Assembly: GCA_964016885.1 (NCBI GenBank)
Contig: OZ024741.1
Location: 107,942,001-108,006,000 of the forward strand
Source: Eledone cirrhosa
Lineage: Eukaryota
DNA: 64,000 nucleotides
Direction: 5' to 3'
Below are positions 42,873 through 57,743 of this stretch, one piece after another. A program made the translations under genes and the position numbers. The notes under the pieces were generated by a model. It did not search any database and was not told the DNA's origin. It saw nothing but the letters and a program-made list of their open reading frames with translations. Every line of letters begins with the position of its first letter. Position 1 is the stretch's first letter.

Positions 42873-44800
42873 ATCATCATCATCATCATCATCATCATTT
42901 TACGTCCACTTTTCCCTGCTTGCAAGGGAGGGATGGGTCCTATTCAGCACAGCATCTCTCCACTTGTCACGGTCCATCGTCATCTCCTCCGTGAGGTTCA
43001 GCGATCTAAGTTCTGCTCTCACCATCTCCGCCCATGTTTTTCGTGGTCTTGCTCTACTGGGTCTTCCTTCAACTGGGATTTCTTGGCACTCCTTTACCCA
43101 ACGGTCAACCTCCATGCGCATCACATGTCCATACCATCTCAGTCTTCTCTCCCGCACACTACAACTTATTCCTCTTATACCCAGTTTCTTTCTCAACTCA
43201 TCTATGCTTGGTCGTTCACGCACATTGACATTGCACATCCAATGGAGCATGGTTGTTTGATTTCTTTCCAGCCGTCGCATACCTCTGCAGTTGCTGCCCA
43301 TGTCTCACTACCATGCATCATCACGCACCTCACACAGGCATCATATAACCGGCCTTTGGTATGCAGGGCGAAACCCTACTTTGTCAACAGAGGAAGCAGC
43401 TCCCTAAACTTCTTCCAACCCATCCTTAGTCTAGATACTATGGTCTCGGAACACCCTTTCCCATGCTCATCTGATCACCTAGGTACCGGAAGCTATCAAC
43501 CATTTCCATAGAACCCAGCTGCTTTTGAAAGGTTTGTCTATCACTGCGACTTCTACTGTCAAATTTCCCTGTGCATCTACTGCATCCGTAGTTTTCCCTA
43601 CCTATTAGTTTGCCTGCTATCCCACAACACTTTTTGTGTACCCAAGATATGCATTGTGTACATTTTATAGAATCTATGACAGCTCCTTTTCTACATATCT
43701 AACATGGCCATTTCCCTGATGGAATCACAGTTTTGTCCACTTATCTACTTATCAACACTTTTGTCTTAGCTAGGTTTACTCTCAGTCCTCTTGATTCCAA
43801 CTGCTGTTTCCATAGTCAGAATTTATTCTCTAGCTCCTCTACTGGTTCTGCTATAAGGAGCAGATCGTTAGCATAGAGAAGTTCCCATGGGCAGCCAGTC
43901 TTAAACTCCTCTGTTATGGCTTGGAGGACTATAATGAACAAAAGCGGGCTGAGGACGAACCCTGATGTACTCCTACTTGTATCTGGAATTCCTCACTAAA
44001 ATCCATTCTTACTCTCACTTTACTGACTGCAGCCCTGTACATAGCCTGCACTGTCCTCACAAGCCATCCCTCTACACCTAGTATCCTTAGGGACCACCAG
44101 ATGACAGATCGGGGTACTCTATCAAAGGCCTTCTTTAGGTCAACAAAAGTTAAGTATAGTGGCTTATTCTTCTCTAAGAACTTCTCTTGTAGCTCTCTCA
44201 CTAAGAAGAGGGAATTTGTTGTACCTTTCCCAGGCACCAAACCAAACTGCATCTCATAAAATTTGACCCTTTCTCTAATTAGTTGCGCTAATATTCTTTC
44301 TGCCACTTTCATGACCTGATCCATCAGTTTTATGCTCCTATAATTGCTTCTCTCCAGAGCATCCCCTTTACCTTTGTAGCAATGTATGAGAATACTGCTG
44401 CACCAGTCTTTGGGTATGACTCCGCCATATATAGCTTGATTGGCGATGTGTGCAACCAGTTTAGTACCTACTTCTGATTCCTTCAGAATCTCAACAACTA
44501 TTCTCAACGCTCCTGCGGCGTTACCATTTTTTATTTCCTTAATTGCCTCTTGGACCCTATATTCGTCAATCTCAATAGCTGGTCCCTCTGTCGGGTCTAC
44601 TGGGGGTAGTTTCTCTCTCTCCCATTCGTTCTCCCCTTTCATCAGTCTCTCATAATGACACTTCCAGGCCTTCCTTTTCTGATCATTAGTGACACTAAGT
44701 ACACCAGCATCATTTCTGACACACTTATCTCCAACAAGATCCTGATTTTCACTGACACACTGCCTTGCATTGCGAAACACCGCACATCTCTGACCACCCT
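42873..44800 (-). mobile_element. 5'-truncated RTE-clade LINE with (GAT)n tail
   Basis: KGKGDALERSNYRSIKLM, FVDLKKAFDRVPR, GVHQGS, ELLYANDL, RRLRWYGHV, RPRKTW; several stops; (ATC)n at 42873-42898. Confidence 0.92.
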
Positions 44801-44989
44801 ATATATATATATTTGTTAATGAACAAAGAATGTGTTACCGTAACAGAGCACGCAGCAGCTGCTCAGCGCCAGGAGCCACTTGCCACTCACAGTTGTATTT
44901 TGCGCTGTTAGCTGAACCACAGAGCCTCACAACATACGACACACATATGTCACTGTCTAACTGAGAATAGAAGTCACACATTACCAAAA

Positions 44990-45345
44990 TTATGTCGTAT
45001 TGGGGCATATACTGATCAATTTGTAGATGTTTATTACATCTCTCCTTATTTTATCCTTCTGCAGCCTCTCTGCTTAACTATTACCCTATCATGTATAATA
45101 TTGAAGCGCACTGTGATGATCTGCCCATTACTTACCTTGATTTAATCAGTGGTCTTGCTGCATCTCCACTTAGAACGATGCCAACTCCTCGAGTATAATG
45201 TTCTTCCTGGTCAAATTGTAACACGTTTTTTTTTCTACTTTGCTTATGTGTCATTGTTCTATCTAATGCCTTTCATTGATGCCCCATTGTGGAACAGTGT
45301 ACGGACATTTAAGATGGCTACCCCTGCCTTTCACATTTCCTGAGT
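44990..45345 (-). mobile_element. Highly decayed LINE AP-endonuclease fragment
   Basis: AILNVRTL and GVGIVLSGDAARPLI resemble RTE APE motifs. Confidence 0.45.
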
Positions 45346-46772
45346 TAATAAAATGAGATAAAAATGAGATACCAATTGTATACTGTGGGCGATATAATAG
45401 ACTTTTCTTTCCTCTCAAATTATTGGCTGTCTGCTAAAATTAGAAGCCATTGTAATATCGTAAGTTACGATACTATAATGGCTTCTAATTTTCGTAACGT
45501 ATTAATACGTAGTAGTCTGAAGAGGCAAATTACAAACGGAGCTTTATCTATAGAATCATATATCTTTTACTACACACGCACACGCAGACACACACACGCA
45601 CGCACACACACACACACGAACGCATGCAATACATAATATATAAATAGACTTCCATCAGTTTCGGCGACGATTATTCAAGATGTTTAATCAACGGAACCTC
45701 GTTCTCATTAAATTAAAAAGAGGCTACGTATTTTGAAGTCACCTGTAGCTCAAGAAGATTTCACATGAACTATGAGTAGTCAGACCATTTCCCTTAATTG
45801 TACAGTCCCACTTTACAGTCCCAATCAGTCTTCGACAATCCAATTCCATCTACAATAACTGGGCCGCCCATTTAACTATGACAACAGACTCTTCTTCGAA
45901 GTGCTCCGCATTATAATCGAATGAGTTATTTAATAATTGCGACTTATAATTCTTAACGTACCAGTCATTTCTAGTCCACAGCAAAACAAAATAAAATAAA
46001 ATGAAATATAATACATTAATACAATAACCTCTTTGGAACTCTGTTACTTGTATATTTTTACAACACTATGTGAAGTGTATTTTAATGTGTATTATCCAAA
46101 AATTGGAAGACTGATTTTACACTAGATGGTTGCCAACACGCACAATTCTTGGAGTATTTTATGCCCGAAATAATATTATGATGTTCAATTGATAGATTTA
46201 TATGATGTTGTATTGATAGATTTATATCACTTTCTAGTGTTAAACCAAGAATAAACAATTGGTGATTAATGTAATGGCAAAGTTAAACACATACTAACAC
46301 TAACACCTTCACATAAGTACAAATACACCCCCCCCCCACACACACACAAACACACAGACACAGACACACACACACATACACACACACACAGATCAATGCA
46401 TCCAAACTTGCCTTGTCTCATAAAAAGATACAAACACACGAACACACCCTAATAAATAAGCAAAGTCTAACACATAGAATAAAGATATCTACATGAACAA
46501 ACACAAACACACGATTACAATTACATATCCATACAGGCGTACAATCACTGACATGAAATGTCGCATACATTTTACATATGCACAGTCTGATTCAGATGAG
46601 CCGACGCAAACACATATATGCGCACAGAAAATGAAGCACATTTACACCCGAAGCCACCAACACATATAAATACACACAAATATACGTGTGCGTGTACACT
46701 TACTCATAGAGGAATACATACACACAATATCTAGAACCACATTATTAAATATACTCCAGTATATTAAATATA

Positions 46773-46895
46773 CTTCTGAGTTCAAATCCCGCCGAGGTTA
46801 ACTTTGCCTTTCATCCTTACGGGGTCGATAAAATAAAGTACCAGTAATGTACTGGGTAATTTCTGGCCTTGTGCCAATAGTAGAAACAATTATTA
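46773..46895 (+). mobile_element. CORE-like SINE (5'-truncated)
   Basis: B box GAGTTCAAATCCC then GCCTTTCATCCTTACGGGGTCGATAAAAT. Confidence 0.8.
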
Positions 46896-48313
46896 AATAT
46901 ACTCCAATTCTAAGATAGTACGGTCGGATTTTATGGATATTTGGCTGCTATTTTTGATTGTCAAGCGACCGTACAGAGGTTCTCTCTTTGGGACGATTAG
47001 CTAGTGTGTTTTGTTAACATTTTTAGTGTTTAGTGCGGGAAGGAAGTACATTTCTAAGAACATTTTCTTATGGTGTTCGAGAATGGTGATAAGGAGGAAT
47101 GTAACCTCCCATCAGAGATATTGCTCGAATATCTGTACATCTTTAAAGAACCACGTGTTGGTATTAACTCGTGTGATGGATTAATCTGCCCAAGTACACC
47201 ACAACTTAGAAGGAAAAGAACCGGAACATATATCGCAAACATCTCATCCGACACTAACATTTCCATTTATCCATCGCCCTAAACTGGTATTATTTTTATC
47301 GATTCCAAAAGGATGAAACGTAGATCTGTTCTGTCCGAAGGCAAACTCCGAATAGGTACTCTCTACCAATTCTGCTTAGTCACCACCTATTTTCAATGTT
47401 CTCTCCTTAATAAAGAGGTTTTATATATCTATAGCTTACATTTTATGATATCCTTGAGAGTAGAGTAGACATAGTTCAAGTTGCTCAAACTGAAGGACTC
47501 AAAAATAGCCAGTACATCCTGGGGTGAAGCACGGCGGGTCAACATTGAGATGAGTGTGGGAGAGGGCGTGATTGCTACTAGTTACAATGCTAATCTGTCA
47601 TTCAGCTGATAGGCGGCTACTTCATTTTTTTTTTATCAAGTACAGAATATAGGGAGACAAATCTTTCATTTCAAATGTTTATAATTCATTTTTGACTGTT
47701 GGTAAATTAACATTTTTCCGGTTTTACTTTTGATAAGTTCTCTTATTTAGGCCGCGAGATTGAGATGTTGAGATCCATGGTAAAGATATACTCAGTCGGT
47801 TAAGTATTACGCATAGCTACGTCTAAAAGGAATGCATGTTTCAGATGCTCACTACATAATAAGATACCATAATATATATATATTTTCCTCCTGAATTATC
47901 ATATTATCGTTATATGACCTGCAATTATAATTCTTATTAATTTCCATGTTGAAGATTTTTATGAATTATTTCCTATGTCTCCACACGGAACTCACATGCT
48001 TTACAGAGAAACTTATATAAACATCATTATGATGTTGGTTAGTGACATGGAGGCAAGGAAATTCTAAATTACATTAGTGGCTCACGTGATGTTTTGATCA
48101 ATGTCTTTATCGCTTAGAGATTCTTATAAGATTTTAGAGAAAGTAATTATACCGTAAATTTTATTATCGAACTCGACTACGTGTGCAAGAATTTGAATGT
48201 CTAATGTGTGCGTGTGTGGGTATGCGAGTAGGTGTGTGAGTGTATGTGCATAAACGGTATTCTATGGCGGTGCATAAAGAGTCAAGTAAGATAGAAAGCA
48301 AATAACATTATTA

Positions 48314-48432
<119 letters not shown>

Positions 48433-48554
48433 ACGCGTGTGTGTATATATATATATACACATACAGACAGACGCTTATATATATATATATAGCTGCATAT
48501 ATATTTGTGTGTGTATGTATGTGAGTGTGGGTGCTCGTGAGCCTTTACTGGGTG

Positions 48555-48619
<65 letters not shown>

Positions 48620-48924
48620 ACATACATATATTCTTAATTATTTTATATTTCTTATTTAATTTAACTAATTGTGTTATCTTCAGACGCATCGACGCATCAA
48701 TATTCATGGCACTTTCTCCTACCCTTATCTATATTTGCATTCACTTATACATATACTCACACTAATAATTATACGTACGCGGACATTCATAAGTGTATAT
48801 GTGTATACCATATATATATATATATATATATGTAGAGAGAGAGAGAGATAAAAGATATATATATATATATATATATATCCATATATATATGCATATATAA
48901 ATATGTATATATATATATATATAA

Positions 48925-49408
48925 TATAAGATCAAAAGATGGTTAAAAGAGTTCCAAGTATTTTATTATGCGCATTTCAAAAACAAATATCATCATGCGA
49001 TGATATCTGCGTTTTCATCAGATAAAATAGGGAGACATGATATGAAGCTTAAAAAAGACTTGTGAATAGTGAAGTTTTAAATCAACATATGTTGATAGGG
49101 AGACATGATATGAAGCTTAAAAAGACTTGTGAATAGTGAAGTTTTAAATCAACATATGTTGATTTAAAACTTCACTATTCACAAGTCTTTTTTAAGCTTC
49201 ATATCATGTCTCCCTATTTTATCTGATGAAAACGCAGATATCATCTCATGATGATATTTGTTTTTGAAATGCGCATAATAAAATACTTGGACCTCTTTTA
49301 ACCATCTTTTGATCTTATATTATTTATACTCCAGTCCTACAACTGCAGAGTGCTACTTATATGATATTTGCATTGCTTTATTGTGCTACAATAAAACTCA
49401 CCTCCTAC
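48925..49408. mobile_element. Family C fold-back with two hammerheads and an internal ~66 bp duplication
   Basis: HHRs at 48959-49029 (-) and 49215-49285 (+); palindrome centre CAACATATGTTG near 49155. Confidence 0.85.
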
Positions 49409-49782
49409 ACACATATATATATATACGTACACATTCACACACACTTACTTACATTTATATATGCCAGTTTGTGAAAATATATTTTCAGGTTTTCGAGAAA
49501 TGTAAAGAATTAGAACGTAAAAGAAAGAATTGGTTGTCTAGTGGGAAGAGGAATAAGAGAAGAAGGAAGGAGGAGGGTGGCATGAAAATATGTGAAAAAA
49601 GGAAGGGAAGAAAACTGATCGTCTGCTTAAGTTGGTGTGGAAGCTGTTTAATAAATAATACATCACTCGTCACATCTTTGATAGATACTTCTATATTATT
49701 GGTTCATTTAGTAAAGAATTATCTGATACATTACACACGCCAACGCACGTACTTATATTTGTGTGTATATAAAGAACACACG

Positions 49783-49985
<203 letters not shown>

Positions 49986-50055
49986 TGTATATATATATAT
50001 ACATATATATATATATAAAAGTTTACATATATATATACATATATATACATATACG

Positions 50056-50306
50056 TGTTTTGCAACGGGTCACTTTGTGGCTCAATGAAAATTTAATAAA
50101 TTAAATAATCAGAGCTATATATCATAAAACATGTCTATATAATCACAAGATAAAATATATACCATTTCCTCTCCCAATTAGCATAAATAACCATATAAAA
50201 AATCGAATATCTGGTGATTCTATAGACATGTTTTATGATATATAGCTCTGATTATTTAATTTATTATCTCTTCATTGAGCCACAAGGTGACCCGTTGCAA
50301 AACACG

Positions 50307-50337
<31 letters not shown>

Positions 50338-51598
50338 GTAAACCTTTATATGTAATAACTCCCTTAGGTTGAGATACAATTTTGGCTGTATTGTGCTGCG
50401 CTTTCTAGCAAAGGGCCACCAGCCGTAAGTAACTAATCACATTCTTTCTAAGCTGACCGCTGCTACGTCACGATTCTTAGCCATTTTTGAATGTATTCTT
50501 GGCGTGATCACTTTGAAAAATTTATTGTCTAAATTTGAGCTAACTTCCTGCAGAGTCCGGTGCTCTAGATGTCCAATGTTATCGGATATCATAAAATGCG
50601 GACGAAACCATGGTAGAGGTAACTAAATATGTTCACTTTTCTCCTAGTTTATTTTACACCTAATTCTGTTTAGTTGACTGTATATCTGAGCGATTTATAC
50701 ACGATGTTGAAATACTCGATAAATACTCCGTCGCAACCGACGCGAAGGGCTGCTTTCGGTTATTTGTCGGAGATTTCTTCATAGAAGCCTTTATTCTTAT
50801 AGCGCGGTCTAATCGATTTTTTATATGGTTAATTATGCTAATTCGGAGAGGAAATGGTATATATTATATCTGGTGATTCTATACACATGTTTTATGATAT
50901 ATAGCTCTGATTATTTAATTTATTATCTCTTCATTGAGCCACAAAGTGACCCGTTGCAAAACACACACACACACACATATATATATATATGTAATAATCT
51001 CCCTTAGGTTGAGATACAATTTTGGCTGTATTGTGCTGCGCTTTCTAGCAAAAGACCACCAGCCGTAAGTAACTAATCACAGTCTTTCTAACCTGACCGC
51101 TGCTACGTCACGATTCTTAGCCATTTTTGAATGTATTCGTGGCGCGATCACTTTGGAAAATTTATTGTCTAAATTTGAGCTAACTTCCTGAAGATTCCGG
51201 TGCTCTAGATGTCCGATGTTATCAGATATCTTAAAATGCGGACGAAACCATGGTAGAGGTAATAAATATGTTCACTTTTCTCCTAGTTTATTTTACACCT
51301 AATTCTGTTTAGTTGACAATATATCTGAGTGATTTATACACGCTGTCGAAATACTCGATAAATACTCCGTCGCAACCGACGCGAAGGGCTGCTTTCGGTT
51401 ATTTGTGGGAGATTTCTTCATAGAAGCCTTTGTACTTATAGCTTGGTCTAATCGAAATTTTATATGGTTAATTATGCTAATTCGGAGAGGAAATGGTATA
51501 TATTTTATCTGGTGATTCTATAGACATATTTTATGATATATAGCTCTGATTATTTAATTTATTATCTCTTCATTGAGCCACAAGGTGACCCGTTGCAA

Positions 51599-51695
<97 letters not shown>

Positions 51696-52322
51696 GTAAA
51701 CCTTTATATGTAATAACTCCCTTAGGTTGAGATACAATTTTGGCTGTATTGTGCTGCGCTTTCTAGCAAAAGACCACCACCCGTAAGTAACTAATCACAT
51801 TCTTTCTAACCTGACCGCTGCTACGTCACGATTCTTAGCCATTTTTGAATGTATTCTTGCCGCGAACACTTTGGAAAATTTATTGTCTAAATTTGAGCTA
51901 ACTTCCTGAAGAGTCCGGTGCTCTAGATGTCCAATGTTATAGGATATTATAAAATGCGGAAGAAACCATGGTAGAGGTAACTAAATATGTTCACTTTTCT
52001 CCTAGTTTATTTTACACCTAATTCTGTTTAGTTGACTGCATATCTGAGCGATTTATACACGATCTTGAAATACTCGATAAATACTCCGTCGCAACCGACG
52101 CGAAGGGCTGCTTCCGGTTATTTGTCGGAGATTTCTTCATAGAAGCCTTTATTCTTATAGCGTGGTCTAATCGATTTTTTATATGGTTAATTATGCTAAT
52201 TGGGAGAGGAAATGGTATATATTATATCTGGTGATTCTATAGACATATTTTATGATATATAGCTCTGATTATTTAATTTATTAACTCTTCATTGAGCCAC
52301 AAAGTGACCCGTTGCAAAACAC
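50056..52322 (+). mobile_element. Family S tandem array (~640-720 bp monomer, three copies, one HHR each) with a short inverted 5' arm
   Basis: HHRs at 50543-50620, 51183-51260 and 51901-51978. Consensus ACTTC-CTGAAGA-GTCCG...CGGAC-GAAA-CCATGGTA-GAGGT. Inverted arm at 50056-50206. Confidence 0.85.
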
Positions 52323-52346
52323 ACACACACACACATATATATATAT

Positions 52347-53318
52347 ATGTATGTTTTTAAGGAACACGCCGAGTACTACGATAACGCCCTTAGTAAAGCA
52401 GGCTACCTCAACAAAATAGAGTACATAGATGGGAACAATCAAAACACCCAAAATAAATCCCACATAGGTAGATATAATAACACAACACCAAACCACACTT
52501 ACTACCATAGTATGCACACCAGTAAACCAACAAACAAAACTAATAGAAAGCGATGCAAAGAGTACTTATGGTATAATCCCGAATACAATAGTTCCATTAG
52601 TACAAATTTACCAGTACTCTTCTTTAAAATAATTAAAAGACATTTTCCCACATCACACAAATACCACAAAATCCTAAACCCTACCACTATAAGACTGTCA
52701 TACTCTACAGCGTTAAACCTTGAACAACACATAAAAAAGATCAATACTAGAAGGTTAAACGAAAACACTAAGAACTTAAGTACAAAGAACACAAAAAAAA
52801 CAGTAGACAATACACTACAGAACATAAATAAACCACACCTAAGTTCGTCCGCAATACTACTCCAGAGAAAACCCAACGTACACAACTGTAACTGCACCTA
52901 TCCTGACAACTGCCCCCTCGGCAATAACTGCCTGGAAAAAAATATTATTTATAAGTGTACCATTAAATCCGGAGGCAACGAGTGGTATTACGTGGGATCA
53001 ACGGCAACATCGTTTAAATCTCGATTGTATAGGCATTCTTACTCAATAAAACACCAGAGCCAAAGAAATGTAACAACTTTAGCAGAAAAAGCTTGGACGC
53101 TCAGGGATAACGATCAAAAGTTTACCCTAAAATGGGAGAAATTAGCTAAAACCCAAAGCTTTTCCAGGAGCCAAAATTTCTGCAAATTGTGTAATCTTGA
53201 GATTTATTACATAATCACACACAAGAAGAAACTGCTGAATAACAGAATTGAACGAACATTATTCTGCCGTCACAGAACTAAAACCCTTTTTTCCCACTAC
53301 AAGCCGAATATTACATAA
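52347..53318 (+). pseudogene. 5'-truncated PLE ORF: thumb, linker and GIY-YIG endonuclease
   Basis: WYNPEY, CNCTYPDNCPLGNNC, IIYKC..YYVGST, CKLC, CRH. The 3' UTR follows, with an HHR-like core at 54104-54147. Confidence 0.88.
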
Positions 53319-54249
53319 AAGAGGGACATCCCCCAACTATATAAACCTTAATCTAGTTAGAAAAATATAAAAACAATCTCTTCTCAACATATATTAATAA
53401 CCTTAAATTACCACACTAATAATGGAAAGATATGCCGATGAGAATAGGTGCAAATATGCGATAATGAATGTGTCTAAAAACGTCCATAAGTATGTATATA
53501 TATGTGAAAATGTATATAAATAAGTAAATATATATATATGTTTGATGTGTATATAGATGTGTATGTATGTGTATGTGTGTACACATGGACTAGAGTAAGT
53601 ATGTATATATGTGTGTGTCTATACGTGTGTATATAAAGATAAGTTGAGTATGAAAATGTATACACATGAGCGCGTAAGTATGTACATGAATACATGTGTG
53701 TATATATATATGTATGCATGTGTATATATATGTAAGTATGAATATGTGAATTGTGAGTATATGTATTTTGTAGAGGTGTGCAAATATATTTGTGTGTGAA
53801 TGCGTGGGTGAAAGGATACGTACACTTGAAAGAAAAATTTAAGTCTGAATGTTAATTAAGTGCAAACACAAAACCAACCACGCATATCTTTACTATCTCT
53901 AATCCTTCTATAGATTTAGAAAAATAACCAATAATATATTCTATAAAAAATGTCAAAACAACAGATGGGAATCTAATTACTCACTGCCACCAAGAATTCT
54001 CACTGCTATCGAAAAACCACTCCTTCAACTATTCTTCTAACAACTTCACCTCTCCCTCCTAATATTCTCTATAAAAACTAAATAGGTCCTCAGTAATATT
54101 ATTCTGATGAAATGACAGTAAATAATAACATTGAAATATTGAATGTCTGCATAACTAAAAGTTTGTAGATAGCAGCTGTTTTAGGTTATGTAACTGTTAT
54201 AGAAACACGTGTCAATAAATTCCTTTCAACTAAACTGTATCCATTCAAA

Positions 54250-54520
<271 letters not shown>

Positions 54521-56623
54521 TACACACACACACACACACATACACACACACAAGCACACAAATAAACATACATATCTTCACTTCAATAAAAAATCTGAAC
54601 TCTGACACCCCCAGCAAACTAACCATATTCACTGAACCAGAACAATTCTCCCAATGCCATTTCTCTTGACCACTATCTTTCCATTGTCATAACATTCGCT
54701 ATAAAGACTACACAACGATCCCACACCAATACGGACTAGAAGCAATAGGATTCTGGCTAGAGAAATATCCCAATGAGATACCCGACAGAATAGAAAAAAG
54801 CTTCATCACCAAGGGATTAAAATTCATCCTACAGAACAACTTTTTTGATTTCGATGGCAATACTTACAAGCAAATATCGGGGACTGCGATGGGTACAAAA
54901 GCCGCTCCAACTTATGCCAACTTAGTCATGGCATACTTAGAAGTCCAGATATATGAACAGTCCAAATCAAAATACAGATTGAACTTCCACAAATATTTAT
55001 CAGAGAATTGGAAACGCTACTTCGATGATTGCCTCATTCTTTGGTCCCACACACTCGACCAACTGAAGGATTTCAAAAACTTAATAAACGGCATCAATAA
55101 CCACATCCAATTCACAATGGAATACAGCCAAGATCAACTCCCATTTCTGGACATCATCTTAATCTTAAAAAAAGACACAAATATCGAAACTGACATACAC
55201 TACAAACCAACAGATTCCAAACAATATCTGCTATTCACCTCCAACCATCCAAAGCACACGAAGACGAACATTCCTTTTAACCTAGCAAGAAGAATTTGCA
55301 CAATTGTCTCCAATTATGAAACGCGAAATAAAAGACTTCAAGAATTAAAGGAAATTCTACTCGAGAGAGAGTACCCACTATTACTAATAAATAATGGAAT
55401 AGAAAGGGCTAAAGCAATAGGCATTGATGAATTCCGGAAACAGAAACAAATTCAAGGTACGTCCAATATTATATCATATATCAACACACAACCCAAGAAA
55501 TGCGGAAGCTTACAACACTATTCACAATAACATCCCACTACTAAAACAAAACCCAAGAATGAAAAAAGCCCTTGAAACACACAAAATAATCAAAAGCAAA
55601 AGACAACCAAAATCACTGAAAACATTACTCACCAATGCCAAATTACCTACCACAAACCCACAACCAAGTATCAAAAAATGTGGTCGCTCTAATTGTGGAA
55701 CCTGCACTCACCTCATTGAAGGCAACACGTATACATTTAAATCAGGACAACATTTTACTGTAAAAAATCACTTCACTTGCTCATCAAAAAATCTAATTTA
55801 TGCCATTAAATGTAAAGGATGCAATGAAGATTATATAGGACAAACTAAACTCACACTCAGAAACAGAATGACAGTTCATCGCCAACAATTACGAGATCCA
55901 ACCACGAGACAGATACCACTAAGTGCACATCTAGACATTTGCGCAAGTAATAAGACACCCAAATTCCAAGTCTTCCCATTTACCTTTGCGCTAACAATAC
56001 AACAGAACAAATGCGAATAAATAAGGAAAATATGTTTATTCAAAAATATAGACCAACATTAAATATGGTTTAATATACATTATGTCAACACCATAATATG
56101 ACATACACACACACACATAACACCTTCTACTTTAAAAAATAAAAACCCGAACTAAATAAACCTTAACATACGTTTGCACTGACAATACAACAGCAAACAC
56201 GAATAAGTCAGGAAAATATGTTCATTCAAAAATATTCCTACTAAAGGAATCACTTTCCTACACACACACATACACACACACACACATACACACACACAAG
56301 CACACAAATAAACATACATATCTTCACTTCAATAGAAAATCTGAACTCTGACACCCCAGCGAACTAACCATATTCACTGAACCAGAACAATTCTCCCACT
56401 GCCATTTCTCTTGACCACTATCTTTCCATTGTCATAACATTCGCTATAAAGACTACAGAATAGTTTTCCAAATAAGGGCGCAAAAATGTAATGAAAACTT
56501 GTTCACGTGACAGCCAAATTTCATTTATAACCAATCAAATCACGTTTATTAAAAAAAAGCCTTCGTGAGCCACCTTTTTTTTTTAAGTAAAGAAATTCAA
56601 ACACACACACACACACACACACG

Positions 56624-56655
<32 letters not shown>

Positions 56656-57320
56656 CACACACACACAAGCACACAAATAAACATACATATCTTTACTTTC
56701 TTTATTCAATAGAAAATCTGAATTCTGACACCCCAGCGAACTATCCATATTCACTGAACCAGAACAATTCTCCCATCCCTTTCTCTTGACCATTATCTTT
56801 CACTTATCAAAAAATTCTCTAAAAAAAGGCTACAGAATGGATTTCCAAATAAGGACACGAAAATTTAATGAAAATTTGCTCACGTGACAGCCATAATTTC
56901 ATTTATAGTAAAAAGAAATTCAAACACTCATATATGAAAAAACAACCTGCGACAACCCCCCCCCCCTCTTATTTGAAGAACTATTGTAACGCGAACTGGC
57001 GCAAAATTTATTATAATTATTGACAAACCAATCAAATTACTTCTCGAAAAACCTGGCATTTCGAGCCACTTTTTCCATATAAAACAAGTAACATTCAGAG
57101 ACCAACCAGATGTGAGAAAAACCACAGACCCTCCATCTCAACTCACCTTTTGAAAAGCAGAAGAACTGCGAAACCGGTAAAGGAACCAAATAAATATATA
57201 TATTTAAAAAAAAAATAAGACTCCAGTTGCATTTTCGATTTCATCTCTTTTTCTTTATACTTTCACTCGTGTAGGACACCTCGGTTATTTTTCATTTTGT
57301 AAAAAAAACCTCACTTTCTA
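54521..57320 (+). mobile_element. 5'-truncated Neptune-like PLE (RT + Cys-rich linker + GIY-YIG) in partial tandem
   Basis: GTAMGTKAAPTYANL, WKRYFDD, LPFLDI, CGRSNCGTC, NLIYAIKCKGCNEDYIGQT. 54521-54710 duplicates the 3' UTR at 56265-56460. Confidence 0.88.
57146..57183 (+). ncRNA. 38-nt minimal hammerhead, U3-A8 core
   Basis: CCTT-TTGAAAA-GCAGaagaaCTGC-GAAA-CCGGTA-AAGG. Confidence 0.82.
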
Positions 57321-57354
57321 ATATATATAGGTATATATATATATGTATATGTCA

Positions 57355-57672
57355 AGGCCTAATTCTAGGAGAAGGAAAACTCTGATATAACACCTGCAAC
57401 CCTGATGGTATCCAATGATGTTGACTTGTTCTTCTTTTTGGTAAATATCATCTTGGTTAAGAGAGTGGAATGGATTTGTGCAGTGCCTCTGCTCACTATA
57501 AAAGCTTCACGACACAGGCATTGCTTTATATCTGGAGATTTTTCTGCACTTGTTATCACATGGTACCATGGGCCCAGCACTATGTGTCAGTAATTGTCAC
57601 AAGTGTAGTGTTTGTACCAGAGTTTTCAAGTCGCTGGCTGCACTAAAAAGTCACACTCGTTCAGCGCATCGG
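57355..57672 (+). mobile_element. Probable LINE fragment encoding a single C2H2 finger
   Basis: CSVCTRVFKSLAALKSHTRSAH ending at (TA)n. The upstream GGAGAAGGAAAACTCTGA resembles RTE 5' UTRs (from memory). Confidence 0.4.
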
Positions 57673-57674
57673 TA

Positions 57675-57741
<67 letters not shown>

Positions 57742-57743
<2 letters not shown>

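Noticed and set aside
42552-43511. 319-aa plus-strand ORF
   Set aside because: It is microsatellite sequence plus the antisense of the RTE element.
57550-57672. C2H2 finger as part of a host zinc-finger gene
   Set aside because: Single finger with no TGEKP linker, truncated by a TA tract; more likely retroelement-derived.
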